From contig NIVC01000967.1 of NCBI GenBank assembly GCA_002269645.1, positions 29,008-93,007 of the forward strand: DNA of 64,000 nt. Direction: 5' to 3'. The translations under genes and the position numbers were made by a program. Position 1 is the first letter of the stretch, and each line of letters opens with the position of its first letter. Source of the stretch: Macrostomum lignano. Its lineage: Eukaryota. Below the pieces are notes generated by a model that ran no database searches, was not told the DNA's origin, and saw only the letters and a program-made list of their open reading frames with translations. Positions 34,531 through 47,852 of the stretch are shown here, one piece after another.

Positions 34531-37500
34531 TCACAGGTAGCTCAGCCCATCCAGAGCATTGAGAAGATTGCGCCAAACTGGCCAAGTACGACGACTACGC
34601 CAATTCCCAACGCAACCAACTAGAGGTTGAAATACGAAAACTCCGTTTTGCCCATCAACATCGGGGCCAAGCTGGCGAAGCTGCTCGACGCTCTCGGGCT
34701 GCTCTAAGCACCACAATATGAGCAGGTCAGGGCGATAGCGAGCGGCGTCGGTCACCAGGCGAATTGAACTGCTATAGAATTCGTCATCAGCATCAGCCTC
34801 GCTACTAAGCAGGCAGACTACAGCGCCGATGCTTTCCTGCAGATTGGGGAGAGAAGTGGTTGTGAGACTAGCGGTGAGATCGGGGGGAGGGCGGGTACTA
34901 ACTTGATTAGAGGACGGGAACTGGCTTGATTAGAGACAGGGTACTGGCTTGATTAGAGACAGGGTGTTGGCTTGATTAGAGACAGGGTGCTGGCTTGATT
35001 AGAGACAGGGTACTGGCTTGATTAGATGGCGGGTACTAACTTGATTAGAGGACGGGTACTGGCTTGATTAGAGACAGGGTACTGGCTTGATTAGAGACAG
35101 GGTGCTGGCTTGATTAGAGACAGGGTACTGGCTTGATTAGAGACAGGGTACTGGCTTGATTAGAGAGAGGGTGCTGGCTTGATTAGAGACAGGGTGCTGG
35201 CTTGATTAGAGACAGGGTACTGGCTTGATTAGAGACAGGGTACTGGCTTGATTAGATGGCGGGTACTAACTTGATTAGAGGACGGGTACTGGCTTAATTA
35301 GAGACAGGGTACTGGCTTGATTAGAGACAGGGTGCTGGCTTGATTAGAGACAGGGTACTGGCTTGATTAGAGACAGGGTACTGGCTTGATTAGAGACAGG
35401 GTGCTGGCTTGATTAGAGACAGGGTGCTGGCTTGATTAGAGACAGGGTGTTGGCTTGATTAGAGACAGGGTGTTGGCTTGATTAGAGACAGGGTGTTGGC
35501 TTGATTAGAGACAGGGTGTTGGCTTGATTAGAGACAGGGTGTTGGCTTGATTAGAGACAGGGTGTTGGCTTGATTAGAGAGAGGGTGTTGGTTTGATTAG
35601 AGACAGGGTGTTGGCTTGATTAGAGAGAGGGTGTTGGTTTGATTAGAGACAGGGTGTTGGCTTGATTAGAGAGAGGGTGTTGGCTTGATTAGAGACAGGG
35701 TGCTGGCTTGATTAGAGACAGGGTGCTGGCTTGATTAGAGACAGGGTACTGGCTTGATTAGAGACAGGGTGCTGGCTTGATTAGAGACAGGGTACTGGCT
35801 TGATTAGAGACAGGGTACTGGCTTGATTAGAGACAGGGTACTGGCTTGATTAGAGACAGGGTGCTGGCTTGATTAGAGACAGGGTACTGGCTTGATTAGA
35901 GACAGGGTACTGGCTTGATTAGAGGGCGGTTTAAAAGCAGCATTTCAGTTTCCAAGTTTTAAAAGCCAAGGCTTTGATGAGATGGCAATCAGCCAAAAAC
36001 CAAACCCACGGATCGCAACAAAGACTGCTGCGCTTGCAAAACTTCCTCGTCGGAGAAGCCGTTAAAATTCCGACAGGGGGCGATGAAGAAGTTTCTGTAG
36101 CACAGTGTTTTTAGAGAAGTGGCGCCAGACATTGTGATGAGCTCCTGGCACCTGGCAGGTAGGAATAGCCAACAAAATCTAGTGAGTTTTAGGAAACAAA
36201 AGTAAGGATATTTTCAGAGAGAGGGTAACCTCATAAACTTCTCATGGCTGGCTATACTCCTAGAAGTGGAATTCTCATGGCGGGGGAATCTCATAGGACT
36301 GGAATTCTCATGGCGGGGGGAATCTCATAGGATTGGAATTCTCATGGCGGGGGAATATCACAGGACTGGAATTTTTATAGTGGGGGAATCTGATAGGATT
36401 GGAATTCTCATGGCGGGGGGAATATCACAGGACTGGAATTTTTATAGTGGGGGGAATCTCATAGGATTGGAATTCTCATGGCGGGGGGAATATCACAGGA
36501 CTGGAATTTTTATAGTGGGGGGAATCTGATAGGATTGGAATTCTCATGGCGGGGGGAATATCACAGGACTGGAATTTTTATAGTGGGGGAATCTGATAGG
36601 ATTGGAATTCTCATGGCGGGGGGAATATCACAGGACTGGAATTTTTATAGTGGGGGGAATCTGATAGGATTGGAATTCTCATGGCGGGGGGAATATCACA
36701 GGACTGGAATTTTTATAGTGGGGGGAATCTGATAGGATTGGAATTCTCATGGCGGGGGGAATATCACAGGACTGGAATTTTCATGGCGGGGGAATCTCAT
36801 AGGACTGGAATTTTCATGGCGGGGGGAATATCACAGGACTGGAATTTTTATGGTGGGGGGAATCTCATAGGATTGGAATTCTCATGGAGGGGGGAATCTC
36901 ATAGGATTGGAATTCTCATGGTGGGGGGAATCTCACAGGACTGGAATTTTTATGATGGGGGGAATCTCATAGGATTGGAATTCTCATGGTGGAGGGAATC
37001 TCACAGGACTGGAATTTTCATGGCGGGGGAAATCTCATAGGATTGGAATTCTCATGGTGGGGGGAATCTCATAGGATTGGAATTTTCACGGTGGGGGAAA
37101 TCTCATAGGATTAGAATTCTCTAGTCTTAGAAATCTCAGGGCTAGAAGTCTCAGGGCAATATAACTTTAATCCGAGCAAATCTAATGTCAAAAGGTGCGT
37201 GAAAAATTAACTGCCGAGCCACAAAGAAGCTGGCAAACCTCTGGCTGGGCCGACCGCCCGGCTGAGGGTCCACAATGAGAACCGGTAGCCGAGGCACAAG
37301 CAGAGGCAGGTTGAGCAGCCGATGCTGCCGTAAGGTCAGCCGGCAGCAGGGTGGCCGTGCAGGCAGCTCCAGTTTGGACAGGGCGCGCAGCAAGTAGAAG
37401 CCAAGAATTTTGAATTGGCACCGGCAGGCGGCCAGAATAACAAATCCCATCTCCGCGTTCGCGAGCCTTTTCAAGGCGACCTTGACAACGTTGGGCTGGC

Positions 37501-38356
37501 AGAGGGGCGGGCGAGTATGTTTGAGCTCGCATACGCTATGCTATTGCATTCGCCTATCTTCGCCTACCACCTACCTACTTCGTACCAACAATGTTTAGAT
37601 GTTTAGAGTTAAGAGTCAATGTTTAAAGTCACTGGTAGCCTCCAGGATACTGCACCCCACTAGAACCCTATTAGTTTCCCATAATTAGAAGCTGGCACTC
37701 ACGTCTCTGCACTCGATAGGCGAGATGACCATAGCAGCTAACAGAAGCTGTTGAAATCCTTCAACGAACAGCGCCGGATTATTCCATTTACGGCAATCCC
37801 TAAGGAAGTCCTGAACAGTTTGAAAATAACGGCCGCGCTTTCCAAGACGCTTAGCATCGGCCAGTGTCAGCCGCAATAGGCGCTCTGTGTCTGGACTGCG
37901 AGTATTCAGCAGTGCAAATATTCCTTCTCTGAATTCAGCGGTAGTAGCAGCTGAATTGTAGCTGGCCAGCCTGTACCTGGACGCCATCTGAGCATACTGA
38001 GCATCTGGCAGCAGGATTCCTTCTCTATTAACTAAAACCTGATTGGGTATGTCAGGCAGAATCTCAGGAATAGTCAGCATTAGACTGGAAGCCAATTTCA
38101 GTACAATAGAACTAGGCTGGAGATGTGGCTGCTCATCAGAATTTGAGATGGCTATTTCATATAATGGCTGCAATACTGGATGATCAATACTTCCTACTGT
38201 TATCATATGTTGTGCTAGATGCTCCTGAATTGTATTTATTGTCGATTCTCTATAACTGGAACTTATAGAATCGTAAAGAAAATTTGCAAATATCTCTGTT
38301 GGTGCCTCATTTAGTTGTATAGGCTCATATTGTATTAAAGGAATTGCTTCTCCCAT
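34531..38356 (-). CDS. Unknown protein, about 452 aa. Exons 38356-37703, 37495-37239, 36151-36010, 34836-34531. The 5' end is uncertain.
   Basis: Four open exons joined by GT-AG introns with consistent phases (0,2,0), ending in TGA. Two introns are minisatellite-filled like those of the neighbouring genes. I recognise no family with confidence; there is a weak HDAC-fold resemblance (see findings). Confidence 0.72.
34900..35925. repeat. 23-bp minisatellite (TGGCTTGATTAGAGACAGGGTAC)n, intron of the unknown gene
   Basis: About 44 copies. Confidence 0.96.
36265..37120. repeat. 31-33-bp minisatellite (GGAATTCTCATGGCGGGGGAATCTCATAGGATT)n, intron of the unknown gene
   Basis: Two alternating unit variants. 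Confidence 0.95.
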
Positions 38357-39434
38357 TTTTAGTGCTCCAATCAATTGCTTTACAAAACCAGAAGTAGAAA
38401 TAGTATGTGCATTTTTAGTTCAATTTTGATTTGATCAGTGACAAAAATTAACTTTATTTCAATTAAAGGATTGTTTTTATTATATTTGAACCCAAAAAAA
38501 TTGAATACATAAATTTAATATCATAAAAAACAAATGTCATAATTATAATAATATAAATTTAGAATAAAACCTAATAATCATCTAATTGAATAGTTATATA
38601 GCCATATATAGCCAGTGATTAAGCCAATAAGCCGTGGAATATAATTTAAAAATCATGTTAATTCAGAAGTGATAAAAAGAAGCAACTATAGAAATAAAAA
38701 ATTAAAAGTGACACCACAAGGCTATAACCCCTTCAATATCATATAATATCTATAATATTATAATATAGGCCTAAGCAAATATTTTGGGGGTTATATTATA
38801 AATCTTGACTGTATTAAAAAGAATGCTTATCTTATTTGTTATAGTATATTAACCGGCAGAAGACGGATGGCACGATTTTGTGCCATAAAGTAATCATAGT
38901 TATTGACGGAACCGAATCTTAGTGTCTAGGGCAATCGTAGATTGCAGAATTTAATACCCCCGTTGCCGACTGACATGGCTCAAAAACGTGCCACGTCTGT
39001 TTTAGTTGGAAAGCTGCTTATTTTCCTATAGGTTAGGTGGCAGTCTATGGCAATCATCACAGATCAAGAATAGGACCAGGACCAAATGCACACCTGCATA
39101 TATTAAAAACGAATAATAGTATTTGATTAGTATATTTAGAAGTAGTTAGTACATTTGTACCAGGTATCTTATACGTAGTATAGTATAACACGAATGTAGA
39201 TCATGCTTTCTTTATTGATAACACAAACTAACGCAAAAAGCATTAGTTTTTAGGAAGTCTTGACTATTAATAAATAGAACGAGCTGTGTATAATTGAACT
39301 GTATTCGAACAGAAAAACACAGTAGAATAGGTGACAGAAAAAGGGAATTCAGATCATGAATAAATAGAAGTGCGCATTGGGCTGCCAAAACTTCATTGTT
39401 TTTTTTCAACACAAAAGCCGCTCATCCCACCATG

Positions 39435-41451
39435 TCAGTTAGGATGAACCATGTGCCAGCAAGCAAAGCAAGCACCCAAACACAATGCAGGAACTCCTCG
39501 ACAAGCGGCACAAACAGTCACTGTTCTTTTCACCACACCATGCTGATAGCACATCCGGCAGCGCTTGCGTGGGCGGCTTTGAGCTCCTTGTATTGGCGCC
39601 TTAGTCGGCAAATGAACGCCCACACCGACTGCCGCACCCGCACCTGCTGCCGCTCTGGCATCCGCACCTGCTGCCGCTCCGGCATCCGCACCTGCTGCCG
39701 CTCCGGCATCCGCACCTGTTGCCGCTCCGGCATCCGCACCTGCTGCCGCTCCAGCATCCGCACCTGTTGCCGCTCTGGCACCCGCACCTGCTGCAGCTCC
39801 GGCACCCGCACCTGCCGCAGCTCCGGCGCCTGCACCTGCTGCAGCTCCAGCACCCGCACCTGCTGCAGCTCCGGCACCCACACCAACTCTACGAGGCTGG
39901 GCTCCACGTCGCCTAGCATCACCGGTATCCTCAACCAATATTTTAATAGCCTGTCTTAAGAACTGCAGAAAAGTCTTGCTGCCACCTGCCTGTTGGTAGA
40001 CAATCCAAGCGTTGCGAACGAGCAGCAGGATCAGGTGAAACCCGAGTTTGTGGAACCACCGGATGCTTTTTCGATTGGCCAAGTACGGGTGTAGAGCGGA
40101 ATCCATGTGGTCGACGCCACCCATGCTGTTAGAGTACGAGAGCACGCTAGTCGGTTTGGTGACGATCTGAACGCTGCCGCCACGACGAGTGCGCTGAACC
40201 TGCCTACATTCGGCCGATCCAGCGGTGTCCAATACGAAAACAGTCTTGACGCCACTCTATTTCCTGTCAACAAACTTGCAGGCAAGCACATTTCCAGAGC
40301 GTGCAATGGCGGAAGAAGTTGGCTGCAGATTTACAGCCTGCAGCAGGTTTGGGATGCCGCGGTTTTTGCGCACTGTGCCAGTGAGAAGAACATTCCGTTG
40401 CAGCAGCCACGTAGCAAGTCTGTGCGAAGTGAACCAACTGTCTGTGAAAATATGGTAGCCTAGGTAAAGCAAATTGCGGCACAACTCAGCCACAACTCTC
40501 TCACTCATGGACAAATTTTGACAGCCCAGTCCATCACCGAACATTTGGTTGGCTTCAGTTGATGTATGGATTTCAAAATTCCACAGGTAGGTCATGTCGG
40601 ACTCACAAAGCCAGTACATCTTGATTCCGTACTTACTGCTCTTCGTTGGGATGTACTGCTTGAACAACAGTTAACTTGTACAGCACGAGACTTTCATCAA
40701 TCGAGAGCCGCTGACGAGGCATAGTTGTTGCTGCACAGCTGCTTAGCCTGTTGCAGAAAAGGCTGCGTCTTAGCCAAGGGACCCCCGTGCAGAGCCTCAG
40801 TGCAATCGTAAAAGCGAAAACAGGACAAGATCTGCTTGAACCTGTCTCTAGGAAGAGAACAAGGCTCATCAGCAAGAAATGCACAGTGATAAGCCGGATC
40901 TTGCGACCAATAGCTCGATATTTCAGGCTTCTTGTCCAGTCCCATCAGCAAAACAATTCCGATCAATTTTCTTACTTCATTAACCGTGCAGTCCTTCCAG
41001 TTCAGCACAAAATTTGGGACTGTTCCACCGTCAAAGTTATCCTCATAGGTTTTCCAAACCTTTGCGTTTGTCCAGTTCTTGATGTTCTCCATCAACCCAT
41101 CCGTCAAATACGAGGGCTGAGCAATAAGTTTCCGGATGTGCATAGTTGAGAGGCGGCTGACAAAATCTGACAAAATCAGATTCTGAAATCTGAAACTATT
41201 GCTCAGCCCTCGTACAGCTTGATAAAATCACTCTCGTTTCCGTCGGCAATCTCAGGAAGCTGCAAATCGGGCCTGACTCCTGGTACTCCGAGGAACTCAG
41301 GCAGAGGTGCTGGTCTGGCATCAGCGCCATCTTCAACAAGATGCCACTGTTCTCCTACAAGTGACTCATCCTGCCCTTCTTCTTGGTCACTATGGGGATT
41401 TTCAACTTTGGATCCATCAATTGATTCATCATCAGCAGTGAACCAGCTCAC
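39435..41451 (-). pseudogene. piggyBac (PGBD4-like) transposase pseudogene
   Basis: Catalytic motifs LSIDES, FTDSWFTS and YSNSMGGVDHMD, plus KQYIPTKSSKYGIK and a C-terminal Cys-rich domain RCRMC..CAAC..LC..CF..WH. Disrupted by a MITE at 41111-41212, two frameshifts near 40670-40730 and an in-frame TAG at 40257-40259. Confidence 0.92.
41111..41212. mobile_element. 102-bp Tc1/mariner-type MITE with TA target duplication
   Basis: TA|CGAGGGCTGAGCAATAAGTTTC...GAAACTATTGCTCAGCCCTCG|TA. Removing it plus one TA restores the transposase reading FIKLYLTDGLMENIK. Confidence 0.88.
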
Positions 41452-44400
41452 TCCGAGTCTCCGTCAAAGTCTAACGCCATGTAATGATTCTCAGGAGCGA
41501 AATGCTTGGTGCTTTGGGTAGACAGAGGATAAAAATATCCAATTTTATAATAAGACTGTTTCTGTATTTCTGAAGTAGGTCCTTGGCAGAACTATTATGA
41601 GCACGACAGTGATTTCAATAAAAATCTGTGGCCGAAAATAGTGCCCTTTCCATATTTCCCTGTAAGGTTTTCTCATGAATGAAAGACATGCAGTCATAGC
41701 ATTTGGTCCCCAGCCATAGACAAATTATCTTTTGGTTTAGCGGCTTTGCTACATACGGGTGTACTTGTGAAGCTAGCTGCCATCTGGAACGGGGGGTAGA
41801 AATTCTGACACTCATGCACTTGGCACGAAATCGTGCCAGCCAGCCGTCGGCAAAGGGTGTGACGCAAATTTTGGTTTGTCGCGTAAAGGTTAACAAGTTC
41901 CTTTTTTATGCTAATACAATATATTATAAAAGAAATTCCCACTGCAAGGACATAGGCCCTTATGCCAACTTTAAATATACTAGTCTCAAGAAAAAAGCAT
42001 AGATCTAGCAGTATATATTGTATAAACTTGAATTGCAGTTAGTTTTTTTATTGTATCTAATAATAAATCTAATACGATATTTACATAATGATCATATTAA
42101 TTTAAGAAAAAAATATTTGCTATTCATATATATATGCTGCTATCTATATCCTAAAGAAATTAACTGCAGTTCAAGTTTATATAAAGATATATATATATAA
42201 ACTTTTGATTCTTAGAATGCTTTGGTTCTTAATTTTTTATTATATATCAAACTTTCATGCAAGGTTATATATACATTAAGATACATATACATATCAGAGC
42301 TAATGAACAAATTTAGAAAACAGAAGATAGCTAAATAGCATATATGACTATATGCTATTTCAAAGACAAGGCTAGGAACCATGGAATAGGAGGCAGCAAA
42401 GGTAGCTACCCCATTGATTTTGATTTGGGAGGGCATTGCAATCCTCAATATTATTCAATAGCATAATTATTCTTACATTTTAAATGGTTCCCTCAAATTC
42501 CTAAGTCCAAGAGTAGAGCCCCCTTTTCTTTATATAGAAAAAGTTTGATTCTAGTTTTTTTCTCAATTTCTATATCATTGTCTGAGATATTCCTAGACAC
42601 TTTGTCATCTTACCACTTCCTCATCTAGATGATAAAGTGACCATGGTTTTTGGATGCTTTGTCATACCAAAAAATTGTTAAAAATCTAGATGATAAAGTG
42701 ACCTAATTTTGAGGACACTTTGCAAAGCTATAAATTGTTATTTGATTGTTTTTGTTTTAAATATAAATTGTTACTCAATCAATAGTCTGTAAAATATAGG
42801 ATTTGAGCTTAGAGATTCAGCTTGTTGCTATAATTGGAATCTAAATGCTCACTATATATATGCAAATGTTCATTGTAATTTTATTCTATGGGTGCAAACT
42901 TGCCATATATAGCATATGGGCCTCCAGCAAGCCTATCTCAAGGATCCTGGCATATGAGAATTCTGCCACTTGCTGATGGCACTGCCTTATCTACCAGGCG
43001 AACACATGGCTGATGGGCTTACCAAGGTTATCACTAGTGTTTAGCCTCCAGAACTATTCAACCTTTGCTGAGTACATCACTAGCACATAGCTAAATAGCC
43101 CAGTGCATAGTGTCCAAGAAAAAGGCATGTTTGCCCAGTCAATTTGAAGTTTGAACTAATAATGAGTGCGAAGGCTAGCACCAGCAACTAAAGCAGCAGG
43201 TGGAGCATACCCAGCTGACTCTGTAACCACTGATAGAGTTGCTATACAAGGAAGCTTAGCTTGTGCTAGTTTATATCTCCTTAGTGCATGAGCAAGGAGC
43301 CCAAAGTGTCAATGCAAGTTGCATTACCAGCAACTGCAGGAGTATATAAAATGCAACTGGGCCAAATATCGAGCTAGCAAACTTATCATCTGCAGCTTTC
43401 TACTTAGCTGCTTGCACTTAGGTCATATCCCTTGGTTTGGCAATCAAGACAAGTGCAACAGGCTACCAATGAGTATAAAAATGTAAGTTAGTTCTTGCTT
43501 GATTTTTAAAATAAGCCACTGATTATTCTATTTGGATAATCATTTACAACTGCAATTGTGTAGCTTTTAAATTTTATGTAAGTATATTTTTGCTTAATAC
43601 TATAGTAGGGGTTCCAATGAGCTTCGTACAATGTATCCCAAAAATGAAAAAAATGTACAAATGTGTGTTATGCAAATTGGATCAAAGAGGCACTAAATGA
43701 TATAAGTAAGTAAATCCAAAATATACGTCTGAAAGTATACAAAATATACTTTCCTATGAGTATTGAAACAATGTGTAATATGCCCTACTATAGGCTATAG
43801 CTAGTATTACTAATTTTAGAGTAATTTAAATGCAGAGATCTTAATATAATTCTCTTTGTGCTTTGTGATCTTTGTGCTTACAAATATAGTAGTTGACAAC
43901 TAGGCCTATCTTTGTGAGTCATAACTCTGCTATTGTTTGGTTCTGGTTCTAGAACCAATTGCCATGAAAAGGCTCTGGGTCTCAGCCTGAGTTTCAAGAA
44001 CTCTGTTAAATATAACATTTTAATATAACATTAGGGCCTAGGCCCCCCCTATCCCCACCGACCCCACCTACTGATGTATTCAAATTCAAATCTGCTGCTA
44101 CTCTATTGAGGAGCAACTGCAGAGGCCTACACAGTTATAGCTGTAGTGTAAGAGGCACAAACTTTCCAAATCCAAATCCAAAGCGAATCTTGCTAGAACA
44201 GCTAATCATTTCTGAGACCATGTTACTATAACTAAATTAGTAAATTATCAGATGAACTATGAAAAGGAAGGTAGGAATTAGAATGCGATTAAAATATTTA
44301 ATTCATTCATTCATTCACAAAGATCATGAATCGTGAATAAATAATCTGATATTTTCGAAAAAAATTGTCTACCACTTTATAGCGCTAAGTGACAGTACTG

Positions 44401-47400
44401 TTCATGCCAAAAACTTTAGATTTAATAGCACCCAGTTGTCAAATCGGATCCGGGTAAACTCTATTTTTGGAACTCTTATTAGTAGTAATAGTAGGTTTGG
44501 CTAAGACAAAAAGCCTTTTGCCCAGTATAAGTCAATGTATTTATTAATAATTTAAGGAATCAAGAGGAGACATTTAGATGTAAGCGTATCTAATTCTTTT
44601 TTATTAAAAAATTTTCAAAAATTAACTTTTCTAATTTTCTTTTCTCGAAATTTTATCTATTTTCTCGAAAATAAAAAGTTTAAACTTGTACGAAAATATC
44701 TTATTTTAAGAAAAAAGACTAGAAAATAGTGCTGCTGCAGCTCACGAAGTCTCTCTAAACTATACTTCTACCCTCAAGCTGTTTTATACATAAATATTCT
44801 AATAATGACAGTATTCTTTCTTTTTTCAATTTCAATTTTTCAATTTTTGAATAATGATGCATTCAGAACAACTTATGATTGATATTTAATTTAATTTAAT
44901 ATTCTATTTGGTCCATTACATTCCCATTGAGTCAAGGACAAGAATTCTTTTATTTTGTCAATATTTTTAGTATGTGGGAAATATTTCATTTTGTCTAGTT
45001 TCCTGCCTTATTAAATTCCATCAGTTTTTCATTGCCAATGCCTTGCAATCTGAAGATAATAATCATTGCTTGCAGGGACTAGATAGCTAGATGTCCACCT
45101 GCACCAACCTTCATTGTGCCCTTAGGGCAATTACGTCAGGCCTAGGAGCATTATAATATAGATTTTGTAGTATACAGTAGCAACTCTTCAAGATGTACTT
45201 GGAAGAGTTCAAATGGTACAAGCTTCATCCTACTAAGCAATTTGGTTAGATGCTCTATTGGATTAGCCACTTAGCCACTATTAGTATTACCCATTTATAA
45301 CCTACTGAAATTGTATCTTTGTCTACCTAATAAGTTGTGCTGTTTTTTTTTGAACAGTTGTGACACTAAATGTCCCCCATTACAATATATATACTTTGGC
45401 ATTCAATAAGTTGAAAAAAACTGCTTTTTTATAATTGCTATCCTTTGAATAGAATAGTTGATAAAGTAAGGATATCTGCAAGGTTTTCAACTATTGCCAG
45501 CTTAGCAAGTGCCCCTGTAAGCCTTGGTATCTATATCTAAGTGATTCTCTCTAGGCCCCTATAAGCCTTGCTATCTTAGCAATTCCCTTTTCCTAGAGTT
45601 GATATCTCAGTAATTCTCCTAATAAGTCTTGACAATTTAGAAATTTTCCCAAGCAAGCATCTCACAATAGCAAGCAACCTTCTGATAGCCCCTCTGATAG
45701 CAAGCACTTTCTAGCAAGCTAATGTAATAATTTTCTCAATTGGTACAATAGGCCTGATTCCTTTTTTATCAAGTAATTCTTTTCTTTTATAATGCAATAT
45801 TCTATTTTAAATTTCAATAGGCCTACAATTTTTTTAATGAACTATATTAAACCTTCTAACTTTAGACTTGACATTTTACAAATTTTTAGAGCCAATAAGC
45901 TTTGACATCTAGTAGAATAGGTGACCTTTATCTTCCCGCTATGTCTATAGACCACCCTGTAATCTAACAAGTCTTGACATCTTAGCAATTCCCCATAAGC
46001 CCTTTGGCTTTTGAGTTTTCAAAGTTTTAAAGCTTTAAAGTTTCTATGCCTAAATGGTATAATAGTCTTAATCTAATATGATACTTCTGTTAGTCTGACA
46101 CAATGGCTTAGTCAGCATTAGTCTTGCTCTCTAGATTACTGCATATTCCAAATGCCATATGCAGCATACGCAATATCTAGCTACCTCTCCAAGGTATCTG
46201 TCAAGGTCAAGGTCTTGGCATTATATAATTATTATAGAAAGTTCACTAGCTACAGAAGGATATAGATAAATTATGGATATAGATAAGCTACATAAAAATT
46301 TCCAAGATATGGCTATAGATAACAATATGGGAAATTTGGTTATGGCAAAACTCTACCTACAAAGCAAATAATGATATTTTATCTTTGAACTTTATTTGAT
46401 TTTTATTACTATTTGACAGGATATATATAAAAAATTATGTTATTTTTTGCTAATCTTAGAATTTAAGATTATAAAAGTTTCTTCTATAACTTTATATTCT
46501 AAGGCCAAGGGCTGGGGCTAATTTTTCTTTTAGAATTTTAAGTTGTACCAAGGCTATTTTTTCTATCTTAGATTATATTATATAAAGTTAGAATATATTA
46601 TATATTATTAGCCTAAGTAGTCATAGTCTTATAGCACTATATATTTCATCTTATGTATTCTTTAGTTTAATCATTATATTCATTTTTTATCTTTTATCAA
46701 GGGTTTCTTTCTTAGTCTAGGCATCACTAGGATCAGAGGGTCATAGCTTATATCCTAATAGATATTTGCCTTGAAGCAAGTTTTTATATTTTTAATCTTT
46801 ATGTTTCTATATTCTGTTAGATAATTTTGCCTTCAAGCATTTCCTTATATTTCTAAATGTAAAAGAATTCTTTCTAAATAATTACCAAAACAGAATATTG
46901 TAGTTATGCAGTAACTGTAATAATAAAAAAGTATAATAGTATACATAATAATTTACCAATGTTTATGTCAAATGAACCAAAAAAGAAGAGCTTAAGAATG
47001 CAACAGAAATTTGGGGGACAAAGCAACATAGAATATACATGAAATTTATAGATGCATGCAAATAAAACTAAATAACTATGACTAAATATGAATTCAATAT
47101 GTAGTTACTATCAAATGTTTTGATTAGATAAATCTCTTTTTATTAAGACTTATTAAACATTGGGAAAAGGCAACTCAAGCAATATCTGCTGCATGGCAAA
47201 ATGTGCTGCAAGAAAAATCATTGTGGGAAAACCTTGGCTGGCACTTGCTAATAATTCACTCATGAACAAATTGCAATAGGGGAAATTCTTGGTGGGCAAA
47301 TCTCAATGGAAAATTTGCTCATAGGCAAAATGCACTGCAGGCAAATCTTGGTAGGCAATTTGTCTACAGGCAATTCTTGTGCTCCCTTATTTTCCAATAG

Positions 47401-47491
47401 GCTAATCTTACTATTCTATAATAAAAATTATTAATCGCAAAAAGTCTATTTCTGTCCTACTTTTATATTAATAAACAGGCTTCATAATTAA

Positions 47492-47595
47492 TCCTATGCA
47501 TAATTGACCAGATATATTGACCAGATTGAGATATATTGAATTAATATATTGACCAGATATATAAGCTGATCTGGCCAATCTGGCTAGGTAAAAGG
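47492..47595. mobile_element. Possible decayed TTAA-flanked (piggyBac-type) MITE
   Basis: TTAA on both sides, right end AAAAGG|TTAA, internal GACCAGATATAT repeats. The left end is degenerate. Confidence 0.3.
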
Positions 47596-47852
47596 TTAAA
47601 GTTTATTTCCAAGGTGGTGACATTTTTGTATTGTAAAACACAATAGTTTGTATCACTACAAAATGTTTACAAATGTAGTTATGTTTTGAGAAACTTGTAA
47701 AGCAAGCTAGATAGCTTAAGAGTTAACATTTAGGGAGTTTTGAGTGATTGAAGAAAGAATTAAGATGCCTTGAAGTTAAGATTATTAATTTTTATTGCAA
47801 AAAAAGCAAATACAAAAGCTATATATCTGGAAAGTTATTAACAAGTTTAAAT

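Larger units (their letters stand above)
38853..41889 (-). mobile_element. Degenerate piggyBac-family DNA transposon; ends approximate
   Basis: TTAA at 38849-38852 and 41890-41893. TGGCACG-N4-(C/T)GTGCCA subterminal palindromes occur near both ends. The extreme termini match only poorly. Confidence 0.6.

Noticed and set aside
43610-43792. Possible small MITE (TAGTAGGG...CCCTACTA)
   Set aside because: An 8-bp inverted match in AT-rich DNA is too short to distinguish from chance.
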